Assembly (NCBI GenBank): GCA_046300175.1
Contig: JBKCMS010000094.1
Coordinates: 366-64,365 of the forward strand
From: Pseudomonadota bacterium
Lineage (GTDB): Bacteria > Bdellovibrionota_C > UBA2361 > OMII01
Direction: 5' to 3'
Length of the DNA: 64,000 nucleotides
Positions within the stretch are counted from its first letter, which is position 1. Each line of letters opens with the position of its first letter. Below, in pieces: positions 26,731 through 35,488 of the stretch. Both the position numbers and the translations under genes were made by a program. The notes under the pieces are model-generated. The model was not told where the DNA came from, searched no databases, and saw nothing but the letters and a program-made list of their open reading frames with translations.

Positions 26731-27873
26731 CTAATTCTCGGTCTTGCTCGGATTCTGCACCCCGTGTTCGGAGTAGAAGCTATCGAAGCTAAAGACCGCA
26801 TCAGAAAAGGATGCCAGAGCTCGGTCGTTGTCGCGCTTATTTAGCGCATCTAGACCCTCTGCAAGCCTAGTCTTGATTATTTCCAGATTAGAGGGCTTAA
26901 AGTTTAGGTAGTGTTTTCCATCTGCCGATTTGCGAGCCTCGTAACACTGCAGGCTTGAGACTAGGTTGGCTACTGCTCCGAGGGTTTCCCCTTGCGCCTG
27001 CTGTATCAGAGCTTGAAGGGCAAAGTATCTAGGGCTCTCTTCTAGCTTCTCGCTGCATGCGAGGCACTGAGCTGCCGAGTTCGGATCTTGAAAGTGCAGA
27101 AATAATGCAGCTAGAGAGTGGTACGAAGCAGCGGCGCTCTCTTCGCTAAAAGATCTCCAGTCATGCTTGGGAAATAGCTCCTCGATGTTCATGCCGTCGA
27201 TTGCAGCGCGAAGGCATCGGGCCTTTGCCGCATTTGATAAGGTGCACAGTTGAGAAAGGGTCTCTGGATTCACAAGCGGTGTGATCCTGGCGGTCGTGCG
27301 CACATAGTCTCCATCGGAGATAGCGGTGATCATCGCTCTCGCCATGATTTCAATGACTGACTCGTTTCGGGCAGAGCATGCTGACGTCATCGTGCTTCGC
27401 GAAGTCGAAATACTCATCAGAGGCCATGCACTTGAGCTTTGAAGCATTGCCACGATCGATTCTGGTGAAAACTCAGTGGTGCTCACTGAGCTATTTGATA
27501 GAGCTGGAGCAACGATTATATGTTCGTTCAAATTTCTATTCTCTATCTCTGGCACAAGTTTTGAGAGGTCCGTCTCTGTGAATACTAAAGCGGAGTTAAC
27601 CATAAATACCCGCTTGCTGGCGGCGATTGATACCGCCTGCGCCACGGCTTCAGGGAGTGTCTCTGCCGTGATCCACATTCCAGTCGAGAATCCCTCTGGA
27701 GCCTGCTGGGTGCTTGCCACCAAGATATCCGCAAACGCTTTGACATCGTCGAGGAGTTGAGTTGTATCGACAACTGCAGCTTGCGTTCCGATTTCATCGA
27801 TAACTATCGCGCTATGCATAAGAACCCCGTTAACCATCGCGTTAAAAACAGGCTGAGCGCCTATAATTTCCAC
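26731..27873 (-). CDS. Hypothetical soluble protein (orphan)
   Basis: 380-aa ORF, co-directional with and 105 nt downstream of the TamB-Omp85 gene. The N-terminal roughly 100 aa are vaguely Roadblock/LC7-like and the C-terminal part is helical and TPR-like. I am not confident of any family match. Confidence 0.5.
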   Translation of the reverse strand: MEIIGAQPVFNAMVNGVLMHSAIVIDEIGTQAAVVDTTQLLDDVKAFADILVASTQQAPEGFSTGMWITAETLPEAVAQAVSIAASKRVFMVNSALVFTETDLSKLVPEIENRNLNEHIIVAPALSNSSVSTTEFSPESIVAMLQSSSAWPLMSISTSRSTMTSACSARNESVIEIMARAMITAISDGDYVRTTARITPLVNPETLSQLCTLSNAAKARCLRAAIDGMNIEELFPKHDWRSFSEESAAASYHSLAALFLHFQDPNSAAQCLACSEKLEESPRYFALQALIQQAQGETLGAVANLVSSLQCYEARKSADGKHYLNFKPSNLEIIKTRLAEGLDALNKRDNDRALASFSDAVFSFDSFYSEHGVQNPSKTEN

Positions 27874-27978
27874 CTTTCTGTGGGGTGCTCATCTGTTGTA
27901 GTCCTGTGGCTACAGAGAGATAGGATGCAGGGATCAGGAGAAGCGTTCTAATTTTATTTGATCAGGAATATTATATGG

Positions 27979-30900
27979 TTAGAACATACTGCCGACTGAA
28001 AAATGGATTCTGACAGAGGGCTCTCCAGACTTCTCATCGAGTGGTCGCCCCAGGTCAAAGCCGATTGGGCCTATCGGCGAGAGATACTGGAATCCGACTC
28101 CAACACTGGTGCGCAGGTCTTCCAGATCAAAGTCCTGATGCTGCAGGAACACATTTCCGAAGTCAAAGAAGAGGTGAGTACTTACTGAATCATCGGCGAG
28201 GTATTGAAGTTGTGTTTTACCGGCTATCATCGCATCACCTCCGATGACTGCACCATCTGAGCCCCTAGGGCCGAGAGAATTCTCCCTAAACCCGCGCACG
28301 GTAGTACGACCACCGAGATAAAAGCGCTGAGTGATCGGAATCTCTTCTGTGTCGCCCCACGGTTTAGAGATGCCTCCACTCAAACCAAGGCCCAGAGAAT
28401 AACGCGATCCGTAGCCAGCGAGCGGTATAATGGCGCTACTCTTGGCAACCAGAGAGCCAAAGTTGGCTTCAGAGGCAATTTGCTGAAAGGCAACTTTAGG
28501 CTCCACTGTCACTGTATAGCCGGATCTGGGTAGGAGTGGGTCATCGCGTTTGTCGTATTTAATGATGCTCGAAAGGAAGCTTAGGCGCACCGAGCCGTCG
28601 TCTAAATCTGAGATGACAGCACCGGGTGTCACATCTTGTAGGTTATCGAACACAAGCGAGTGCCCCGCAGAGAACGCAAGTTCATTTTGTATCTGTCTAA
28701 ACAAGTAAGAACCCACCAAGAGTCGATCAATGTTGAACTCCTGAGTGCTTAACTCCTGTCGTTGGTAACGGACTTCTTCGGTCAGGGAATATTCGGAATC
28801 TAGGAAGGACGGATCTGAATATCGCAGGCTAGTAAAGCCCTGACTGATCAGACCTGAGCCACTTGGATTGATCTGCGCCTGGTCAAAATATGTATCAACA
28901 CGGAGGGATAGGGTACGTCCATCAGAAAAGAGAGATTTGTTTGTGGCCTCGCCAAAGGTATGCAGGCCGAATTCGGAATTAGCGCCTAGCCCTAGTTCGA
29001 GAGTCTGCATCGGGCGTTCCACAACTCGAATTATCAGTGCCTCGTTGGCTCCATCGATAGCTCCATCTTGGGCTGTAATCTCAACCCTTGAAAACAATCC
29101 CGTCCGCAAAAGCTCCCGTTTGGTGGCATTGATATCTTCAACTCGGTAGGGAGATGCAGGTTTTAGTTTCGTTGATCTAGCTGCAGTACGTTCGGAAATA
29201 GACACCAGTCCTTCATAGGTGATTGAGCCCACAATCGTTCGCTGTCCCGGCACAACCGACACACTAATAGCTGAGTAGTCATCAGTGGGTGTGGCAAATA
29301 CCGCAGGTGATAGAAAGCCTTCGTTGCTGAGAGACTCAATCAGCAGGTCGATATACATATTCACCCGCGGCAGAGATATCTGGCCAGATGGAGGTTTTGG
29401 GAGATTTAACCCCGCTGGGTACCCGCTGACTTCGCCTAAATTCAAACGTTGAGGTTCTCCCTCTTGGATTGTGAACACAACATCAACTGAGCTTGATTTT
29501 TCGCGTTGCCGAATATCATACGAAGCAGCAGCGTCGGGGTAGCCTTCGTGGTGATACACAGATACGATGGCATCGCGCAGGGCGTCTAAGCGAGCCGGAA
29601 TTGCAAAGGTTGCATCCATGGCAGCCACGTGCTCTTTTAAGCCCATAGAATTCATCGACTTGATCAGGTTCGATCTGCTTAGGTGAGAATTCCCGATCAA
29701 GCTTAAAGTCTTGATTTCCACCGGTGCCTCTTCAGTGATGGCAATCCGATAAACCAGTCTCTCTGGATCGGACCTATCTTCAGAGTGAGAAACCTGAGCA
29801 AAAAGGTAACCCTCTTCCTGATACATTCGTTCGATGTTTTGGATGAGCAGGGTAATAGTATTATTTCCGAATGGTCGTTTGCGAGAGAATAGATCGATAC
29901 TGTTTAGAAAGTCTTCTTCTGTGAATTCCTTATTGCCAGTGAATGTAAAGGATATAGCCTGTCTAAGCTCTGATGTTACTACTAGGGTGCTTGAATGGTT
30001 TACTATATCGTGCCGGTAAGAAGGCGTAATGCGGGCTGCGATATAACCTTCGTTGCGCAGTGAGAGTACGAGTGCCCGCTCTACGCTGGCGAGAATTGAT
30101 GAGGTAGCGAGGGTCTTAATAGGAGCAATGGAGGTAACCTTTTGTACTAGCTCCGGGCTCAATTCGTCTCCCTCGAATATCACTCCCGAAACAGTGCTTG
30201 GTTGTCGCTCTTGAATGGTAATTAGCAGATCGTGACAAAACTTATCTCCTGAGCGACAGGAGACAGATGCGGACGCTGCTGTAAAACCGTGCTCGTTCAT
30301 GTATGTAGCTATCTGATTTTGAATTAGTGTCAGGCTCTCTGGAGTGTTCGCTATACGAGATGATGGGCCAAGACGAGCGGCGTTCAGGATTGACTGTTCA
30401 CTGAATTGGTTTAATCCCTCGATCGAAATAGTTACGAACCGAGATTCCTCGGACCATACAGTATAGGTCAGGTCGCTCGACAGAATAGAGTTTTTCTGGG
30501 TGCTGACGGTCTGGAAGAAAGCATTAATGTCAAGCGCTGGGGTAAGAGAGTAAACACCACCTGCTCGTGAATTACTAACTGAGCTAAACAAGCTCTCGCC
30601 AAGTAGGGTCAGGCGCGGAGAGATATTCTTACGCGCCACTACGGCAGGCTCAATTGTGCCGGTGAACTGGTTATATGCAGGTTCGAATGAGAGGATGTCA
30701 AGCTTGGTCAGGTTGCGGAAGAATGCTTTAAAGCTTGAGAAGGAGGTATCAGAGATGAAAAATCGCTGGTCTGAGCCAAACTGTGAGTCCATGCGGCCCT
30801 TCATCGTGCTTTCACCAAGCGGGCGGGATGAAGTAAGAATTAGTAGCAGGTCGCTTTGGGAGAGCCCTCGGTCAGAGTTAAGTGAAAACTTAGGAGCAGA

Positions 30901-33708
30901 GAGCGGACCTGATGCGTCGAGTATCACCAGTATACTCTCACCTGTTGGTGCTCGCAGGTTGCCTTCACCCACCAGCTCAAGGTGCGGAATAAGTGATGAA
31001 GGTTTAAAAGTTAGTCCTCCTGAAGTGATGTCAAATCGATTACCTTTCAGGCCAGCCCAGCCGCTGAGAATCTGCATGGAGCCTTCCAGAGCAGGTGATG
31101 TCACAGTGCCTCTAGCACGGAGATTAGTGTTGAGCTCGGCACTAAGAAATGGTGTCACAACGAATATATTCCGAGGGGCGGAAATTGCTACGTCAAGCTC
31201 CAGGTCCACTGAACTCTTCTTCGCTGCCGGCTGGATACGAGTCGGTAGGAAGTATCCGGAAATTGTGCTCATAATTAGCTTGTTTAGATCGAAGTCCTTA
31301 GCTACCTCCGCAAAAGTAATGTCTAAAGCACCTGAGAGAGTTTGGCGCTGTTTCTGATTAACGCCGAGAGCTAAGTCTCCCGAGAAAGTGATCGTAGCGT
31401 CCTCAATCGGTTCAATAGTCACCTCTTTTAGCTCGGTGCGTAGAGAGGAGTTGCCCGGTTCAAAGGGCAGAAGAGTGCCAGAGGCCGTAAAGGTGCCACC
31501 ATTCACTGAGCCTCCAAGTTTATTGATCCGAATAGCTCGCCCTGACAGAGAAAAATCCCCTGATATATGGTGGCCTCCTAGCTCCGGGGATGAAACACCG
31601 AACTGACCGTTAATTAGCTGGGCTGTTCCGGTTACTAATGGCTGCGATAAAGCGCCCTGAATGGATACATCGGTTTTTAATAGTCCACGGAGATCATCCA
31701 TGGCCGGTAAAAGAGGCAGCAGTGAGCTTAATTCAAGGCGTCCTCGTGCGGACATAGCAAAACCTTTGGCAATGCCCAGCTCACCATCAAGCTCCAGAGC
31801 GCTTTCCAGGGTAGCCAACGAGAGATTCTTGAGTTGCAATGCCCCGTTTCGTATCGGTATGCGCGACTCAGGCGGTGCTGATAGAGAGTAGGGGGCACAA
31901 CCTATTGCTAAAGAGTGCAGAATTACTTCACCGCTCCCTGCAAGAATCGCCTGTAGAGGAAATGTATAGGATAGTGAAGCTCCTACCTTACTGCACTCAT
32001 CTTCGTGACCTACGATCTCTTTCAGCTTGACCTCGGGTTGTGTGAAGCGCAGCTTGCCTTCGTAGCTCTTAGCAAAATCAACGGTGAGCTCCGCGCCAGC
32101 TCTTAGAGGAGAATTGGGTAGGGTAACTCTAAGTACTCCATCTTTAAGATTGGCTCGACCTGATAAAGGATACCCTGCGTGAAGCGCCGGCGAACGCACA
32201 GTTATATCCCCATCGGCAAGTAGAGTATTCAATCCTAGCGGCCCACGTAGCGCTATCTGAGAGGTGAAGGCTAGCGGACTTAGTGTCTCTTTGGTTACTG
32301 GAAGGGACAACGGGTAGCGATAATCGACGAGACTCAAGGAGCTGTCCTTTAGTGAAGCATCCGGTGATGATAGGTCGATCAGACCGCGCCACTTGAGCAC
32401 TCCTTGCTGTTTGTTGGAGCTCTCTACTGCGATGTCAGCGGCGGTTGGTGATACATGTATCTGAATCCGACTTGGTCCCAGTGAGAATCCCTGCATCAGG
32501 AGGTCATCTGATGTGATGGTAATATCGGTTGAGACGCCCGCCGGCCCCTCTGTGACATCGATCGTAGCGTTTGCTTTGGTTACCGCGAACGGCCCGTACT
32601 CAAATCGAGGTACCTTAGCGCTAAACCCGGCAGCTAGGCCCGCATCAGATAGCTTTAGGGGCTTAGTTGAGGTAAGCACCGCCTGTTCGTTTGAGGCATT
32701 AAGATCGGTCAGAGTGATGACCGGGTCTCCTCGGTTTACGTCGATTGTGAGTCCGCCAGACAGCTTTGGAAAATTTAGCTGGGATGCAAACGGCAGCGCT
32801 ATGGAGAAGGCGGTGTCGGGGCTACTCTGAATACTTCCGGTTAGTAGAGGGCTGCCAAGGGTCCCCGATATTGTGGTGTTGCCGATAATCAGGCCACGTA
32901 GCCAATCGGGAAGACCTATATAGTCGGGGGATACCGTGAAGGAGGTGTTACCTGAGAAAGTTGAGCTCTGGTCAGATAGAGCGACCCCAGTTGCTTCAAT
33001 ATGAGAGCGGTCGCGACCGAGGGTTAGAGACCTAAAAACGGTCTGCGCATCCTCAATCATTATTGAGCCAGCTAGTGGGCCGAGAAATAATTCCTGCGGA
33101 GGAGAACCAGGAGTGTCACCGTAAGTTGTGTAGCGGAAATCAGCGATACGGGGAGTGAGGGCATAATATTCACCATCTCGTTTAACGCTAAGAGATACGC
33201 CAGAGCCTGATATCTCGCTAGAACCAAAGGATTCGCGCAGGAATGATTTCCTGACCTCAAGGGAGTCCAAGATAACACGCCATCTGTCTGGCAACTGTTT
33301 CTCCGGTGGGAGCGGTTTTGTTAACTGATCGATAAATCTGAATGTAACTGAATTAGGACCAACGCCATCGGCCGTGCCATCATTAAGGATAAGATTGCGC
33401 AGATGAACCTTGCGGTCACGAATCTCAGAGATATCGATCTTGGTCGTAATAGTCTTGAAAGATAGTCTCGGCACACCTTTCTCGACGATTCGAACGTTAC
33501 GGGCGCGAGCTCTCAAGGTGGAGAACGAGAGGGAGAGAGAGTCAAAAGCAAGCGAGCAATCGCACGAGGCTATAACCTCCTCCTCAAGAGCGCTAACCAC
33601 CTCATTTATCAACCACTGTTTTGCTAGGAGTATGACTGCCCCGGTGGACAGGCCAAGGAAGAGGCCGATAGAAGCCAGTGTTTTGCCGCGAAACAGTCTA
33701 CGTATCAC
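27979..33708 (-). CDS. Single-chain TamB-like (AsmA-like/DUF490) + POTRA + Omp85 beta-barrel fusion protein
   Basis: Uninterrupted 1909-aa ORF.
- aa 1 to about 1085: signal anchor (LASIGLFLGLSTGAVILLA), a long beta-rich body, and a DUF490-type end (...SAPKFSLNSDRGLSQSDLLLILTSSRPLG..., ...ARKNISPRLTLLGESLF...).
- aa about 1090-1565: repeated POTRA-like units ending in ...EGY(I/L/P)...
- aa about 1565-1909: Omp85 barrel (...RFYLGGRTTVRGFRENSLGP..., ...VGVGFQYLSPIGPIGFDLGRPL..., terminal ...SVGSMF). Confidence 0.8.
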   Translation of the reverse strand: MIRRLFRGKTLASIGLFLGLSTGAVILLAKQWLINEVVSALEEEVIASCDCSLAFDSLSLSFSTLRARARNVRIVEKGVPRLSFKTITTKIDISEIRDRKVHLRNLILNDGTADGVGPNSVTFRFIDQLTKPLPPEKQLPDRWRVILDSLEVRKSFLRESFGSSEISGSGVSLSVKRDGEYYALTPRIADFRYTTYGDTPGSPPQELFLGPLAGSIMIEDAQTVFRSLTLGRDRSHIEATGVALSDQSSTFSGNTSFTVSPDYIGLPDWLRGLIIGNTTISGTLGSPLLTGSIQSSPDTAFSIALPFASQLNFPKLSGGLTIDVNRGDPVITLTDLNASNEQAVLTSTKPLKLSDAGLAAGFSAKVPRFEYGPFAVTKANATIDVTEGPAGVSTDITITSDDLLMQGFSLGPSRIQIHVSPTAADIAVESSNKQQGVLKWRGLIDLSSPDASLKDSSLSLVDYRYPLSLPVTKETLSPLAFTSQIALRGPLGLNTLLADGDITVRSPALHAGYPLSGRANLKDGVLRVTLPNSPLRAGAELTVDFAKSYEGKLRFTQPEVKLKEIVGHEDECSKVGASLSYTFPLQAILAGSGEVILHSLAIGCAPYSLSAPPESRIPIRNGALQLKNLSLATLESALELDGELGIAKGFAMSARGRLELSSLLPLLPAMDDLRGLLKTDVSIQGALSQPLVTGTAQLINGQFGVSSPELGGHHISGDFSLSGRAIRINKLGGSVNGGTFTASGTLLPFEPGNSSLRTELKEVTIEPIEDATITFSGDLALGVNQKQRQTLSGALDITFAEVAKDFDLNKLIMSTISGYFLPTRIQPAAKKSSVDLELDVAISAPRNIFVVTPFLSAELNTNLRARGTVTSPALEGSMQILSGWAGLKGNRFDITSGGLTFKPSSLIPHLELVGEGNLRAPTGESILVILDASGPLSAPKFSLNSDRGLSQSDLLLILTSSRPLGESTMKGRMDSQFGSDQRFFISDTSFSSFKAFFRNLTKLDILSFEPAYNQFTGTIEPAVVARKNISPRLTLLGESLFSSVSNSRAGGVYSLTPALDINAFFQTVSTQKNSILSSDLTYTVWSEESRFVTISIEGLNQFSEQSILNAARLGPSSRIANTPESLTLIQNQIATYMNEHGFTAASASVSCRSGDKFCHDLLITIQERQPSTVSGVIFEGDELSPELVQKVTSIAPIKTLATSSILASVERALVLSLRNEGYIAARITPSYRHDIVNHSSTLVVTSELRQAISFTFTGNKEFTEEDFLNSIDLFSRKRPFGNNTITLLIQNIERMYQEEGYLFAQVSHSEDRSDPERLVYRIAITEEAPVEIKTLSLIGNSHLSRSNLIKSMNSMGLKEHVAAMDATFAIPARLDALRDAIVSVYHHEGYPDAAASYDIRQREKSSSVDVVFTIQEGEPQRLNLGEVSGYPAGLNLPKPPSGQISLPRVNMYIDLLIESLSNEGFLSPAVFATPTDDYSAISVSVVPGQRTIVGSITYEGLVSISERTAARSTKLKPASPYRVEDINATKRELLRTGLFSRVEITAQDGAIDGANEALIIRVVERPMQTLELGLGANSEFGLHTFGEATNKSLFSDGRTLSLRVDTYFDQAQINPSGSGLISQGFTSLRYSDPSFLDSEYSLTEEVRYQRQELSTQEFNIDRLLVGSYLFRQIQNELAFSAGHSLVFDNLQDVTPGAVISDLDDGSVRLSFLSSIIKYDKRDDPLLPRSGYTVTVEPKVAFQQIASEANFGSLVAKSSAIIPLAGYGSRYSLGLGLSGGISKPWGDTEEIPITQRFYLGGRTTVRGFRENSLGPRGSDGAVIGGDAMIAGKTQLQYLADDSVSTHLFFDFGNVFLQHQDFDLEDLRTSVGVGFQYLSPIGPIGFDLGRPLDEKSGEPSVRIHFSVGSMF

Positions 33709-33824
33709 GAGGGTAGCAATAGCATATTAAACCACAAAACGGCAGGTAATGAGGTGAAAATGGTGTCTGGCGTTTACCAAAAGTCCATAGCCCAATACCC
33801 GCTTATGAGACACGTTATCAGCGG

Positions 33825-34547
33825 CTAACGCCCAAGTAGGAAAAGGCACGGCTGCTTACTGAGCTTTGGTGGGGTTTTGCGCCAGACGCTGACCGGATGC
33901 GTTTTAATGTACTCGGATGGAGTTGTGAGCCCTTGAGCGATGCAGAGGCGCACGGCAGGCTTGCAGACTTGTAGCAGGTCATGTAACAGCTTGTCGTTGC
34001 GGTACGGTGTGTCCATGATGATCTGAGTTTCTCCCGATGTTAGAGCTATCTCGCTCAGATTTTTAATAGCCACCCCACGCTGTTGGGCCTCTATCGGTAG
34101 GTAGCCCACAAAGCGCCATGCTTGTCCGTTGAGTCCCGATGCCATCAGAGCGAGCACCATTGAGCACGGCCCCACGAGTGGAACCACACGCAGATTGTTG
34201 GCATGGGCGAAACTCACAAGGGATGCACCAGGATCCGCGATGCCAGGGCAGCCAGCCTCAGAGATGACTCCAATGCTGTGTCCGGATGAGAGGGGGGACA
34301 TAAGCTCTGCCAATGTTTCCCTCTGCACCGTTTCAGGGATCCGTTGAATCGACAGTTCGCGAATGGCCATGTTAGGGCAGAGTGCCTTGATAAAAGCGCG
34401 TGCAGAGCGCTCCTCCTCGACAAGAAAGTGTTTCAGCGATGCTACTGTAGTGGCAGCAATAAGTGGTAGTGAGTGATCGACTGATGCAGCGCCGAGAAGA
34501 TTTGGTATTAGAAATAGAGCTGGAGCTGCTGATGAAGCGCTGTTCAT
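33825..34547 (-). CDS. Tetrapyrrole-methylase-fold SAM-dependent methyltransferase (RsmI-like)
   Basis: ...IGVISEAGCPGIADPGASLV... and ...VPLVGPCSMVLALMASGL... resemble the RsmI/YraL family. I chose the ATG at 34547 (MNSASS...) to avoid overlap with lipA. Confidence 0.65.
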   Translation of the reverse strand: MNSASSAAPALFLIPNLLGAASVDHSLPLIAATTVASLKHFLVEEERSARAFIKALCPNMAIRELSIQRIPETVQRETLAELMSPLSSGHSIGVISEAGCPGIADPGASLVSFAHANNLRVVPLVGPCSMVLALMASGLNGQAWRFVGYLPIEAQQRGVAIKNLSEIALTSGETQIIMDTPYRNDKLLHDLLQVCKPAVRLCIAQGLTTPSEYIKTHPVSVWRKTPPKLSKQPCLFLLGR

Positions 34548-34551
34548 CACT

Positions 34552-35475
34552 TCAGTCGACTCGCTTAGGAATGTCTGCTGTGTGTTTCCAAGCGTGGTAT
34601 GAGCTGCGCACAAATGGCCCTGATTCGACGAACTTAAACCCGCGCTTCATACCTTCGAGCTCATACTCTTTAAATTCTTCTGGGGTGATAAACGCTCTGA
34701 CTGGGAGTTGATTCTCTGATGGTCGGAGGTACTGGCCGATCGTCATCACATCAATTCCAGCATCTCGCATATCGTCCATTACCTGCAGAACTTCGTCTGC
34801 TGATTCTCCCAAACCAACCATGATGCCAGACTTGGTAACCACCAGTGGGTCGATCTCCTTCGCCCAGCGGTGAATAGCTAAAGAGCGTATGTAGCCGGCG
34901 CCCGGCCGAACTTTTCGGTATAACCGGGGAACCGTCTCGATATTGTGATTAAGCACGTCTACCTTGGCGCTAAGAATAGTTTCTAAGTCTTTGCGCGAGC
35001 CCTTGAGGTCTGGAATCAGCAGCTCAATCTTGCATTGAGGAGCGTGCTTGCGTATCGCCTGCACCGTTTTGCAGAAATGGCTAGCCCCGTTGTCGGCTAC
35101 ATCATCACGATCTACAGATGTCACCACTGCGTGACGAAGCCCGAGCTCCTTGACCGCAACTCCCACTCGCTCAGGCTCCAACGGATCAAGAGCAACGAGG
35201 GTTTCAGAGGTGCCTTTCTTTACCGAGCAAAAATGGCACCTGCGGGTGCACAACTCGCCCATGATCATGAATGTTGCTGTGTGGTGAGACCAGCACTCGC
35301 CGATGTTTGGGCACATCGCCTCTTCACATACAGTGTGCAGTTTGAGGTCCTTAACTATCTTTTTAGTTTCCAAGTACTCTGGCGAGCCTGGAGCTCTTAC
35401 CTTGAGCCACGAGGGCTTAACGATAGTTGTTGAATTACGAGGTACCTCAACCGCCATACGTGGCATCCTTATCAA
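34552..35475 (-). CDS. lipA: Lipoyl synthase
   Basis: CEEAMCPNIGECW and the radical-SAM motif CTRRCHFCSV; ...MVGLGE... near the C-terminus. Confidence 0.93.
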   Translation of the reverse strand: MIRMPRMAVEVPRNSTTIVKPSWLKVRAPGSPEYLETKKIVKDLKLHTVCEEAMCPNIGECWSHHTATFMIMGELCTRRCHFCSVKKGTSETLVALDPLEPERVGVAVKELGLRHAVVTSVDRDDVADNGASHFCKTVQAIRKHAPQCKIELLIPDLKGSRKDLETILSAKVDVLNHNIETVPRLYRKVRPGAGYIRSLAIHRWAKEIDPLVVTKSGIMVGLGESADEVLQVMDDMRDAGIDVMTIGQYLRPSENQLPVRAFITPEEFKEYELEGMKRGFKFVESGPFVRSSYHAWKHTADIPKRVD

Positions 35476-35488
35476 TACAGATAGTTAT

